Positions 30,084 through 39,450 of a stretch of 44,078 nt of DNA are shown piece by piece (positions within the stretch are counted from its first letter, which is position 1; the number at the start of each line of letters is the position of its first letter). The notes beneath the pieces were generated by a model. It had not been told where the DNA came from, searched no databases, and saw only the letters and a program-made list of their open reading frames with translations. The position numbers and the translations under genes are program-made. The DNA is from Promethearchaeota archaeon (lineage in GTDB: Archaea > Asgardarchaeota > Lokiarchaeia > Sigyniarchaeales > SOKP01): positions 1 to 44,078 of the forward strand of contig JALGVJ010000052.1 of the NCBI GenBank assembly GCA_029838195.1, given 5' to 3'.

Positions 30084-31040
30084 CTAAAAATTTGAATATA
30101 TCATGTATTTTTCCTGAGAACCTATGGAATACACTTCAAATTTACTTCCCCGCTTGGATTCGCAGAATAATTGTATCATGGGAAAAAGAAAGATATTCGA
30201 GACGATTTGGACGCTCTTGTCCTTTTCATAACTTTTATAATCACTACTTGCACTCGCAATGGTCTTCTTGATTTCCTTATTCCAATAACCTAAGGAGGCT
30301 TCCGCTTTTTCCTCTAAATCTTTAAAATTTTTGAAGCGAATACCCTCCACTTCTTCAATTAATTGATGGAGATCTCTTTCAATTTCTTTTTCATATTTAG
30401 TTTGAGCCGAACTATGTAATACAGGGATCCCTGTTACCACCGTTTTAAAGGGAACTGGAAGAATCTCATATTTATACTTATTTTGATACCCTCCACACTC
30501 CCCGCACTGACTTTTTAATTTTCCTGTTCCATGGCACGTTGCACAAGGATAACTAAAAGGTCTTTTTTCCTTTTTTTGAGCCGCTCCTATCAAAACGGTG
30601 CATTGTTCCGTAATTTTTCCTTTTCCATCACATGTCTTACATTTACTTTCAACATAGCCGGTACCATGACACTTTGAACAAGGAATTGCTTTAATGCTTT
30701 CAAACATCGGCACTTTTTCTTTTCCCTTCCATTTCTCCTTATCTACTTTTTCACCGGATTTAAAGGAATAAAACGTTTCTTTTACTATTTTGGGTGCTAA
30801 CACTATATTTTCATCTTTACCCTTAACGGGTTCTACTATTTTTTTTATTGCAAAATAAATTGCCGCCTCTTTTTTTATATCTTTAACAGTTTCTGCCGCG
30901 GAAATATTATCAATCGAAAAAATGGCTCCTTTCGTGCCGAATTCTTTTTCCATTTTTTTTTTGTTTTTCCTTACTGCCGTGGTTTTCCATTTTTCAAACA
31001 CGTCATCTGAATTAGGAGATTTAATTCTTACATCAGGCAA
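30084..31040 (-). CDS. Protein with DnaJ-type CxxCxGxG zinc-finger repeats and no J-domain (SSUH2-like architecture)
   Basis: CSKCHGTG, CKTCDGKG, CATCHGTG and CGECGG; no HPD motif; TTG start with GAGGT upstream. Confidence 0.75.
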   Translation of the reverse strand: MPDVRIKSPNSDDVFEKWKTTAVRKNKKKMEKEFGTKGAIFSIDNISAAETVKDIKKEAAIYFAIKKIVEPVKGKDENIVLAPKIVKETFYSFKSGEKVDKEKWKGKEKVPMFESIKAIPCSKCHGTGYVESKCKTCDGKGKITEQCTVLIGAAQKKEKRPFSYPCATCHGTGKLKSQCGECGGYQNKYKYEILPVPFKTVVTGIPVLHSSAQTKYEKEIERDLHQLIEEVEGIRFKNFKDLEEKAEASLGYWNKEIKKTIASASSDYKSYEKDKSVQIVSNIFLFPMIQLFCESKRGSKFEVYSIGSQEKYMIYSNF

Positions 31041-31185
31041 GATTTCAACCTCATTTAATGAATTATTTAATGGTATAGTTGTATGATAAAAGATTAATTA
31101 AAAATAACAATTTATATTTTTTGAATAACTATAAATTGTTAAAATATTATAATTAGATTAAAAATTTATCGTAGAAAAAATAAAA

Positions 31186-31353
31186 ATGTCAGAAGAAGAA
31201 AGACAAGCTTGTGAATATTTTATCCAATGGATGACTCCCAATGGAGGCGGATTGGCTCAATGGGTTGAACATTTTCTCAATCAAGGAGATGAGCAAAAAT
31301 TACAACAAATTAAAGATGTATACGATAAAATTAAAAGAATTTTTGGTTTCTAA
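31186..31353 (+). CDS. Small hypothetical protein, 55 aa (MSEEERQACEYFIQWMTPNGGGLAQWVEHFLNQGDEQKLQQIKDVYDKIKRIFGF)
   Basis: Read manually; absent from the ORF track. Coding-like composition in an otherwise very AT-rich gap, followed by a T-rich tract. Confidence 0.75.
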   Translation: MSEEERQACEYFIQWMTPNGGGLAQWVEHFLNQGDEQKLQQIKDVYDKIKRIFGF

Positions 31354-31537
31354 TTTTATTCTCTCATGAAACAACATCCTATTTTCTTAATTTATATTTT
31401 ATAAAGATAACCTAGTTTAATTCTCTTACATTGATAATCCATGAAATATAAGATAAGAATTAATTTCCAAGATACGTGAACTATTTGTATTAATTATTTT
31501 TATTGAATCTTTATCTATTTAAGTTAAAGGAGCTCCC

Positions 31538-34231
31538 ATGGCGATTAAAGATCTAATTTTAAAAGATTTTTTCATCGTTTTAGATAGAAATGTAAATTTC
31601 GATAAAGAATTAAGATTTAATGTAAGTTTTTTTTATTTAAAATCATTTAAATCCGCTAAAAAAGGAAAAGGACAAAAATTTTCCTATGTTAAAACACCCT
31701 TTTTCCGCGGGGATATCTTATTTGGTTTTGAAGAAAATAAAATTAGACCTCTTAAATTTGATAAAATTAATAATGATGGCTCTATGACACCCATCAATCC
31801 TCGTCTTTTTAAAAAATTCCTTCTAAATGAGAGGAATAAATTTGTATCCTTTTCAGATCAAGCAAATCCTGAAGATATAACACCCATTAAAGCGATGTTA
31901 AGGAATTTTCATGTTAAAGAAGAAAATATTTTAAATCTAACTTTCTGTAAAAATTGCCTGGAAAAGAAAGAATTTACCTTGTTAAATAATGCAATTAAAA
32001 TAAAATCTACTTTAAACCAAATAATCTGTCCCGATTGTGCTTTAGATCTCGTTATTAATAATGCTAAATTTTCCGGAGCAATTCCAAACGAGGAAATCAA
32101 TCCTAAATTAAAGAATTTTTTCCGTCATCTCCTTCTTAAATTTAAAGATATCGATAAGGTATTAACTTATTTTAAAGCCGATTTTAATCCAGTTAAAAAC
32201 AGGAACATGACTCAATATGACATTGAAGGAGATCAGCCAATCAATAAGAAATATTTAAACTATAAATTAGACAACGTTGATATTCCTAAATCATTAAAAA
32301 TGTTATTCAAGGACCTTAATATTAAAACATTACTCCCCATCCAAGCAATCTCCATTGAAAATGGTTTGCTTCACGAATACTCGGATCAATTAATAATGTC
32401 TCCTACATCGAGCGGCAAAACATTAATCGGAGAAATAGCAGGCGTCTCAAAATTGCTAAATAACAAGAGTAAGAAAATGATTTATTTAGTTCCTATTGTT
32501 GCTTTGGCCAATATTCGAACTGAAGAATTCATGCACAAATACTCCGCCCTTTCATTAAAAATAGTAAAAAAGATTGGGGAATCCCTTTTGGAACCTAGGA
32601 CACTTGATGATTTAGAGGACATGGCAGATGCAGATATTATTATCGGCACTTATGAAGCTTTAGATTACATTTTAAGAAGTGGTAATAAAAATAAAATAGG
32701 AAATGTTAGCACGATTGTTATAGATGAGATTCAAACGTTAACTGAACCTGAAAGAGGTCCTATATTGGATGGGCTCATTTCCCGTTTAAAATTCCTTTTC
32801 CCTTCTGCTCAATTTTTGTATTTAAGTGCAACCATAGGACAACCGGAAGAATTATCTAAGAAATTGAATGCTAAATTGATTCAATACAATAATAGACCAG
32901 TTCCAATTGAGCGGCATTTATTATTATGTCCGAATGATAATGTCAAGAAAAGATACATGGCTGAACTTGTACAATCAGCATTTCATTCCAAATCGAAATA
33001 TAAATTTAAGGGGCAATCAATAATTTTTACAAATTCCAGAAAAAAATGCGAAAATCTCATGCAATATTTTCAAGAGCGAGGGATCAACGTTAGGGCTTAT
33101 CATTCCGGACTTTCTCATGAAGAAAGAAAAATTATTGAAGGTGAATTTCAAGCCCAAAAAATTGCTGGAGTGATTGCTACTTCCGCACTTGCGGCGGGCG
33201 TGGATTTACCGGCAAAACAAGTCATTTTTGAAACCCTAACAATGGGTATAAAAACTTTAACTATGGCAGAATTTGAACAGATGTTAGGACGAGCTGGTAG
33301 ATTAAAAAAACATGAGAAGGGTTTGGTTTATTTACTGGTAGAACCAGGTAAAAAATATTTTTCGGAACATGATGAAACAGAGGACGAAATTGCGATAAAG
33401 CTTTTGAATGGAAAGATTAGGGATTTTGAGTTAGAGCCAAATGAAGATCGATATTTAACTGAACTCCTTGCATTTATCTCCATTAAAGAAGAAGGCATGA
33501 ACCTCCTAAAAATTTTTCAATTTCATGAAAATTTGATTAACAATCAACATGATATAGTGTTGTCATTAAATAAATTAATAGAATTGGGTTTAATTGAATA
33601 TCATGATACTGATGAAATCTATCGAGCAACGAACATGGGGAGAGCGATTGCGAAATCGTTTTTACCAATAGAGAAGTGTTTGGAGATAATCCATGAGGTC
33701 AAAGCAGATTCTAAGCCTCTTATTGGAATTGCCTTAGATTTAAAGCCTATTAAAAATGTATATCTTTCAAAAAAAGTAATAGCGAGTTTATCGCGAAATG
33801 TAAATATGAAATATTATAGTAATAATTTCTTCTCTGCCAGCACTCTTTCTTTAATGAATGCGGAATACGTGAAAAAGCGAAAAAAATTTTCACGGGATTT
33901 TATTGAACTTGTCCTTAAGTGGACCAAGGAAATTTTTAATTGTAAATGTAAGGATAACCCCTTTTGTGATTGTGGAAGAACAAAATTTCAGGAAATTTTA
34001 CTACATCTAAGAATTGAAGATAAATTGTCGTTGGAACAAATTCAAGAATATTTGGAAGATAATTATAGTATTCTTATATTTAAAGGCGATTTGATTGATT
34101 ATTATGAAAATTTAATATATTCTTTGGAAAGCTTGAAAAACATTGTAGAAGGATTGGATGAGCTTAGAAAAAGCCATCTTGAAGAATTGAAGCAAATTCC
34201 TCATGTAATTGACAAGATAAAAAGGATTTAA
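31538..34231 (+). CDS. Ski2-like SF2 helicase, archaeal ASH-Ski2/DUF5814 type
   Basis: PTSSGKT, DEIQ, LSAT, YHSGL and QMLGRAGR, with N-terminal CxxC...CxxC and C-terminal CKCKDNPFCDCG. Confidence 0.9.
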   Translation: MAIKDLILKDFFIVLDRNVNFDKELRFNVSFFYLKSFKSAKKGKGQKFSYVKTPFFRGDILFGFEENKIRPLKFDKINNDGSMTPINPRLFKKFLLNERNKFVSFSDQANPEDITPIKAMLRNFHVKEENILNLTFCKNCLEKKEFTLLNNAIKIKSTLNQIICPDCALDLVINNAKFSGAIPNEEINPKLKNFFRHLLLKFKDIDKVLTYFKADFNPVKNRNMTQYDIEGDQPINKKYLNYKLDNVDIPKSLKMLFKDLNIKTLLPIQAISIENGLLHEYSDQLIMSPTSSGKTLIGEIAGVSKLLNNKSKKMIYLVPIVALANIRTEEFMHKYSALSLKIVKKIGESLLEPRTLDDLEDMADADIIIGTYEALDYILRSGNKNKIGNVSTIVIDEIQTLTEPERGPILDGLISRLKFLFPSAQFLYLSATIGQPEELSKKLNAKLIQYNNRPVPIERHLLLCPNDNVKKRYMAELVQSAFHSKSKYKFKGQSIIFTNSRKKCENLMQYFQERGINVRAYHSGLSHEERKIIEGEFQAQKIAGVIATSALAAGVDLPAKQVIFETLTMGIKTLTMAEFEQMLGRAGRLKKHEKGLVYLLVEPGKKYFSEHDETEDEIAIKLLNGKIRDFELEPNEDRYLTELLAFISIKEEGMNLLKIFQFHENLINNQHDIVLSLNKLIELGLIEYHDTDEIYRATNMGRAIAKSFLPIEKCLEIIHEVKADSKPLIGIALDLKPIKNVYLSKKVIASLSRNVNMKYYSNNFFSASTLSLMNAEYVKKRKKFSRDFIELVLKWTKEIFNCKCKDNPFCDCGRTKFQEILLHLRIEDKLSLEQIQEYLEDNYSILIFKGDLIDYYENLIYSLESLKNIVEGLDELRKSHLEELKQIPHVIDKIKRI

Positions 34232-34449
34232 GGTAAAAAAGTAAATATTAAAAAATTTAAATTGTATTTTTAAATTAAATTTTAGAGCCATATTTCATTA
34301 TATTTAATTGGATAAAGGAATTAAAGAATAACACCCCCCTACCTAATTTTATACTTGAATTGATTTATAAATCGTAAGGAAGGAAATATAAATAGGTAAT
34401 TGAATATATCATTAAATGAAAATTTACAAGAAAAATACGGTGTTTTACA

Positions 34450-35400
34450 TTGATTTACACTTTCTTTATTTATGAAAAAGACTCAGGCTTGATGCTTTAT
34501 AACATTAATTTTCAGTATATTAACTCAGAAAAAGTAGCTTTATTTTCTTCTTTTTTCGGTGCCATTAATGCATTTATATCTCAATTAATGCTACGTGGAG
34601 CAAAAAACTTAAAAAACATACAACTTGGAGATTACATCGTAATTATATCATCCATTCTTAAATTAAACGTAGATTTAGTAATCATTGCTGATTCTACTGA
34701 TGAAGAAATAATAACTAGATTATTACCGAAATTTAAGGAAGTTATTCTTGCTCATGGTGATTTGTTTTTAAACAACAAGGGCGATTTAAACACTTTTAAA
34801 GTATTAGATGAGCCCATTTCAGAGATCATAACGGCCCGAAAAAAAAAGTCTGTGAACGGTCAAGTAAAAGAAGGTAAAGAGAATTTTTTAACAGCAATTT
34901 ATTCAAAAACTGACCAAAAAACTGAGGAAGATTTTCATTATACTCATGAAAAGCTATTGTTATTATTGGATTACAATAAAACCAATAATCTCATTAAAAA
35001 AATTTCTATCGGGAAAAGAATCATCGAACTTTCAGAAAAATTGAATGATGAAGCCATAAAAATAGAGTTCCAAGATAAAGTGAAAGAATTAGAATCGAAT
35101 TTAGAAAATTCCAAGATTAAATTACGATATTATTTAGAAGAAACAAAAAAGGCAATTCATGAAGTAAAAAATAGTTTGGTAAATCGCCCCTTAAAAGAGG
35201 GCAATTTTCGAGATGCTTACATGAATCTATATTCTTTTAGTTCAAAGTTGAAAAAAATAACAGATTCCGAGAAGCATGAAAAATATAAACAATTGGCAAC
35301 TCATTTAATAGAAAAAGAAAACTTGTCTGAGACCGAGTTTGCTAAAATAATTGATACTATTCTCAATTTAAGTGAAAACATTGAAGATTATTTTAAGTGA
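34450..35400 (+). CDS. Longin-like N-terminal domain plus helical C-terminal region
   Basis: beta-beta-alpha start FFIYEKDSGLMLY...LFSSFFGAINAF, followed by beta strands, as in Asgard longin-like proteins. Helical/coiled C-terminus. Confidence 0.6.
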   Translation: MIYTFFIYEKDSGLMLYNINFQYINSEKVALFSSFFGAINAFISQLMLRGAKNLKNIQLGDYIVIISSILKLNVDLVIIADSTDEEIITRLLPKFKEVILAHGDLFLNNKGDLNTFKVLDEPISEIITARKKKSVNGQVKEGKENFLTAIYSKTDQKTEEDFHYTHEKLLLLLDYNKTNNLIKKISIGKRIIELSEKLNDEAIKIEFQDKVKELESNLENSKIKLRYYLEETKKAIHEVKNSLVNRPLKEGNFRDAYMNLYSFSSKLKKITDSEKHEKYKQLATHLIEKENLSETEFAKIIDTILNLSENIEDYFK

Positions 35401-35456
35401 AAAAAATTGAAGAATATTATTATTATTATTATTACCACCATTGCTTTCAACTAAAG

Positions 35457-36638
35457 TTATATCGTGTGAATTTCAATGATATCATTATTTTGGAGGCGGT
35501 ATTCTAAACCCACGCGCTTTTTTTTCTGCTGGGCACCTTCTCTTATTAATATGGCATGATCAAATAACTCATAAAAGCTTTTATGGATTTTTAGCGCCAC
35601 ATCTTTTACCGTACAATTCTTATTCATTACTAAAGGTTTTTCAGCAATTTTTCCGGCATTCCTCGTATATATTTTAATTTTATTAAGAAATTTAAGAACA
35701 ATCGAGCCAAAATTATCCGGAAACATGTTTTTTTCTATACTTGTACCTAAAATTATGGGAAATTTATGTGAATAGTGGTCCTTAAGAAATTGAAAAGATT
35801 CAGAAGTATGCGGTAAATCTCCCTTTGTTCCCAAGAGGATTGCTTTTAAATAAACGAGTGAAGGATTTAATGCATCTACTATTTGGGAAAGAGAGATTTT
35901 TCCATGTATTTTTACAATACAATTTCGAATTCCATTTTCTCTAATGATTTCTTTAATTTCTTCAGCCATGTGGGCTTGTTCCCGTGCTTCTGAAGTTAAA
36001 AAAAACAATTGAACTTTATTTGCTCCAGTTTTTTGTATTTCGATTGGAGGAGGTTTTTCATTAATGCGAATAGAAGCATTGTTAAATTCAGATAACAATA
36101 AATCCACTTGAGGTTTAACATCGCGGGATAAATCTATACAAAAACACACCAAATCACTGGCCCGAATTTGAGAAAGGATTTCTTTTCCATTTCCCACGCC
36201 TTTTGAAGCTCCTTCCATTATTGCGGGCATGTCTACTATTTGAAATTGAATGTTATCGTGAAAATAAGCACCAACTTCCGGTAAAGAGGTGAAACAGCCT
36301 ATTTTCTCTTTAGCAGCTCCCGTTAGATAATTTAAAATAGAAGTTTTGCCCGCACCAGGATTATAATAATCACTAACTAAGATTATTTGGATACCTTCCT
36401 TCTTAATCGAAAAAGGGCTAACTACTTTCGCAGCTGAAGTACTTCTTTTTCGATCTTCTAATTCACGCTTTAACTTAGCTAACTTGGATTTATTTAATGC
36501 TACGATTCTTTCAGTAGCTTTATGTTTGGGAACCAGTGATAAAAATTCTTCTAGTCTCCTAATTTTTTCTTCTAAGGAACCGGCATCCAAATATTTTTGA
36601 TATGCTGCTTGAGCTTCTGGACCAATATTCGAGCTCAT
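35457..36638 (-). CDS. DRG/Rbg-like OBG-family GTPase with TGS domain
   Basis: PKHKATE, GAGKTS, FTS, DMPAIMEGASKGVGNG, and TGS TVKDVALKIH...VGLEYRLQNNDIIEIH. Confidence 0.88.
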   Translation of the reverse strand: MSSNIGPEAQAAYQKYLDAGSLEEKIRRLEEFLSLVPKHKATERIVALNKSKLAKLKRELEDRKRSTSAAKVVSPFSIKKEGIQIILVSDYYNPGAGKTSILNYLTGAAKEKIGCFTSLPEVGAYFHDNIQFQIVDMPAIMEGASKGVGNGKEILSQIRASDLVCFCIDLSRDVKPQVDLLLSEFNNASIRINEKPPPIEIQKTGANKVQLFFLTSEAREQAHMAEEIKEIIRENGIRNCIVKIHGKISLSQIVDALNPSLVYLKAILLGTKGDLPHTSESFQFLKDHYSHKFPIILGTSIEKNMFPDNFGSIVLKFLNKIKIYTRNAGKIAEKPLVMNKNCTVKDVALKIHKSFYELFDHAILIREGAQQKKKRVGLEYRLQNNDIIEIHTI

Positions 36639-36664
36639 AACCCTCCCCGCTCATTCAAAATTCA

Positions 36665-37120
36665 TTAAAATAAGGATCTAAACCGATCTTCAGTTTTTAG
36701 TTTAAGATCTCCCAAAATTTCATTAATTCTTTGATGAAATTCTTTAAAATGTCTCTTTTTTTTTGTAAAAATAGTATTAATTGAATATCTATTAAGAAAG
36801 TGCTCATTAATTTCTTTTAATTGTTCTTTAACAATATCAGGATCCGTATTTTTCTCTATAATCGCATAATATAATAATGGTTGGGTATTATTCTCTTTTC
36901 CGTCCGGAAAATTCACCATCTCACAATAACAGACAAGTTTATATGATGCTAATGAAACTACATTAATATCATCGCCAAATACTTCCGTAGAAAATGATTC
37001 TAAAGCTGAAAGAAAGCCCGCTCTGAGGTTTGGATCTAAAATGTTATCTGACGAGGAATAATATTGAATCTCTACTATATTTCGAGTGCCTAAATTTATT
37101 CCAATTTCGAGAATTGCCAT
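36665..37120 (-). CDS. Stand-alone longin-like domain protein
   Basis: DPNLRAGFLSALESFSTEVFG helix, then strands YKLVC and LLYYAII, and a terminal helix L.EI...F..RY. Confidence 0.6.
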   Translation of the reverse strand: MAILEIGINLGTRNIVEIQYYSSSDNILDPNLRAGFLSALESFSTEVFGDDINVVSLASYKLVCYCEMVNFPDGKENNTQPLLYYAIIEKNTDPDIVKEQLKEINEHFLNRYSINTIFTKKKRHFKEFHQRINEILGDLKLKTEDRFRSLF

Positions 37121-37194
37121 GAGTTAGGGATTAGAATTTTTTCGTATTTTTTATTTTATTAGATTAGTTATTAATTCTTATTGTAATAATTAAT

Positions 37195-38106
37195 CTATGG
37201 TATTTTATTTTTTTCTATCTCCATACCCTTACTTTTCATATGAATTTGATAACAAGTAAAGCAATTACTCATGAGACTTGCGACGGTCATGGGGCCTACT
37301 CCTCCGGGGACTGGGGTGATTTTATCACATTTAGGTAACACATCGGTGAAATTAACGTCCCCGTAAATTTTACCATCTCTTTTACTGATTCCCACATCAA
37401 TTATGATGACTCCTTCTTTAATCATTGTTTTATCTATAAAATTGGGAATTCCTACGGCTACAATTAAAATATCGGCTTCTTTCACATGAGATTGAAGATT
37501 CACGGTGTAGCTATGACACACGGAAACGGTTGCATTTCGCTTTAATAGCATGAAGATCAACGGTTTTCCAACAAGATTAGACCGATTAATTATTACGACA
37601 TATTTTCCTGTAATGTTAACATCATAATGTTCCATTAAAGTAATAATGCCTTTTGGTGTACAAGAAGCTAAGGTTTCATCATAATTGAATAATTTTCCTT
37701 GATTATAAGGATGCAAGCCATCCACGTCTTTATTGGGAGATATTTTACTTAAAAATTCATTAGTAAATTCTTTAAGATGTTCCGGCAGAGGTAATTGAAG
37801 AAGAATTCCATGAATAGTATCATCCTTGTTTAATTTTTCAATGTTTTCTAAGAGTTCATTTTTTGAAACCTTTTCAGTCAACTGGATTTTAAAAAATTCA
37901 ATACCTATTTCATTACACGTTTTAGCTTTAATGTTAATATATGTTTCTGAGGCAGGATCATTACCCACTTGAATAGTTCCTAATTTGGGTTGGATTCCAG
38001 TTAATTCACGAGCAGTTTTTATACAATTTTTCAAACGAGAATTTAATTGTTCAGCTAATTTTCTTCCATCTAGAATTTTATTCATGTATTCATTTCCAGG
38101 AGACAT
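37195..38106 (-). CDS. folD: Bifunctional methylenetetrahydrofolate dehydrogenase/cyclohydrolase
   Basis: HGILLQLPLP, KDVDG, CTPKG, RSNLVGKP and ITPVPGGVGPMT. Confidence 0.97.
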   Translation of the reverse strand: MSPGNEYMNKILDGRKLAEQLNSRLKNCIKTARELTGIQPKLGTIQVGNDPASETYINIKAKTCNEIGIEFFKIQLTEKVSKNELLENIEKLNKDDTIHGILLQLPLPEHLKEFTNEFLSKISPNKDVDGLHPYNQGKLFNYDETLASCTPKGIITLMEHYDVNITGKYVVIINRSNLVGKPLIFMLLKRNATVSVCHSYTVNLQSHVKEADILIVAVGIPNFIDKTMIKEGVIIIDVGISKRDGKIYGDVNFTDVLPKCDKITPVPGGVGPMTVASLMSNCFTCYQIHMKSKGMEIEKNKIP

Positions 38107-38167
38107 TTAAATTAAAAATATATCGGATTAAATATGATTTTATGTAACTTGAAGATAATTTTCACGA

Positions 38168-39286
38168 TTAAATTAATCGTCTTTTTCGTCTGATATAAAT
38201 AGAAATAGAAACAAGAGCACCGGCTATTATTCCTATAATTATTAAAACCCAATAATTAAATTCTACTTCATACACATCTTGTTGTAAAAAGGTTAAGTCC
38301 GCATCAAAGATTTTTAATGTTTCAAAAGCGTAGTAAGAAGCGGTAACTGATGAATAAGATGCGCCTGATTCCGTGTTTCGTTCAATGAAACCCCCATCCA
38401 AGGGATTTTGTTGATTTAATACCCAATTCGAGATGAGTTCTTTTTTATCATTCAATTTTGTACCATTTATTAATGAAAGGGCTTTAGAACAATAATAGGT
38501 GCTACTGAGAAGCGCTCGTTCTGCTCCTTCAAATGGCAAAAATCCCCCATAATTTTCTTGATTAGTATTATCATTAACGAAAGTTTCATTAAGATATTTA
38601 GTAGTTATATCTAAATTATCATATTTACTCAGATTATGCAATAAGGAAAGTGCTGATATTGCATAAAACGTGCTTGGTATTGAAGAGGGAGCAGTTCTAG
38701 TACCCCCAAATCCCCCATCATTGTTTTGACAAGATAAAATCCACTTTTCATGAAGTTCTTTATTTTCAATTTGTTTATTAATTAATCCATGTAAAGCTAA
38801 TGCATAGTACGTAGAAATGATATTAGCTGAACTTGTAGTATTTGAAGAGCTAAATCCTCCGGTAGCAATTGACAACTCATCTATATAATTACTGATTGAA
38901 TTGAGAGTTTCTTGCTCAATTGATATTTCTAATAAAGTAAGGGCTTTTACGAGATAATAAAGCTCGTAGATCAACACCACCTTATTCTTTAAGTAATTAT
39001 TGAGAGAAGAAGTCAATGATTCTTCAAATAATGTAATATTAATTTTTTCATCATAGTTTTCTTCTATTGCTATAAGCATCTCAATAGCATGTGCTGTAGC
39101 CTCAAACGATATTTCATTAGATTTTTGAACCGAATCTGAAAACCCTCTTTCTTCAATTTTACAGTCAATCAAGAAATCACTAAGATACTTTTGACGGGTT
39201 TTAGCAAATACGATAGGAATGGAATTTGAAAAGAGAAAAAAGACCATTAACAAAAGTGAAATGATTTGTATTTTTTTTATTTTCAA
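38168..39286 (-). CDS. Type I membrane protein with prenyltransferase/squalene-cyclase (alpha/alpha barrel) repeats
   Basis: Signal-peptide-like N-terminus; repeats such as WILSCQNNDGGF, WVLNQQNPLDGGF and STYYAL; C-terminal TM helix followed by RRKRR. Confidence 0.75.
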   Translation of the reverse strand: MKIKKIQIISLLLMVFFLFSNSIPIVFAKTRQKYLSDFLIDCKIEERGFSDSVQKSNEISFEATAHAIEMLIAIEENYDEKINITLFEESLTSSLNNYLKNKVVLIYELYYLVKALTLLEISIEQETLNSISNYIDELSIATGGFSSSNTTSSANIISTYYALALHGLINKQIENKELHEKWILSCQNNDGGFGGTRTAPSSIPSTFYAISALSLLHNLSKYDNLDITTKYLNETFVNDNTNQENYGGFLPFEGAERALLSSTYYCSKALSLINGTKLNDKKELISNWVLNQQNPLDGGFIERNTESGASYSSVTASYYAFETLKIFDADLTFLQQDVYEVEFNYWVLIIIGIIAGALVSISIYIRRKRRLI

Positions 39287-39450
39287 TTTTACTAGAACCT
39301 TCTATTGATAATGCTCCAGTAATGTAATTTCACGTAAAATTAAAAATTATCGTTATCCGTAAATGAGAAAAATTATACGATAATGAGAAGAAAAGATTTT
39401 AGTGGGAAAAAGAAATGATATTCGCATTAAGAGGGCAGATTACATTCGTT

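Noticed and set aside
35415-35441. (TAT)n(ACC)n microsatellite between convergent genes
   Set aside because: Short low-complexity intergenic tract with no evidence of function.
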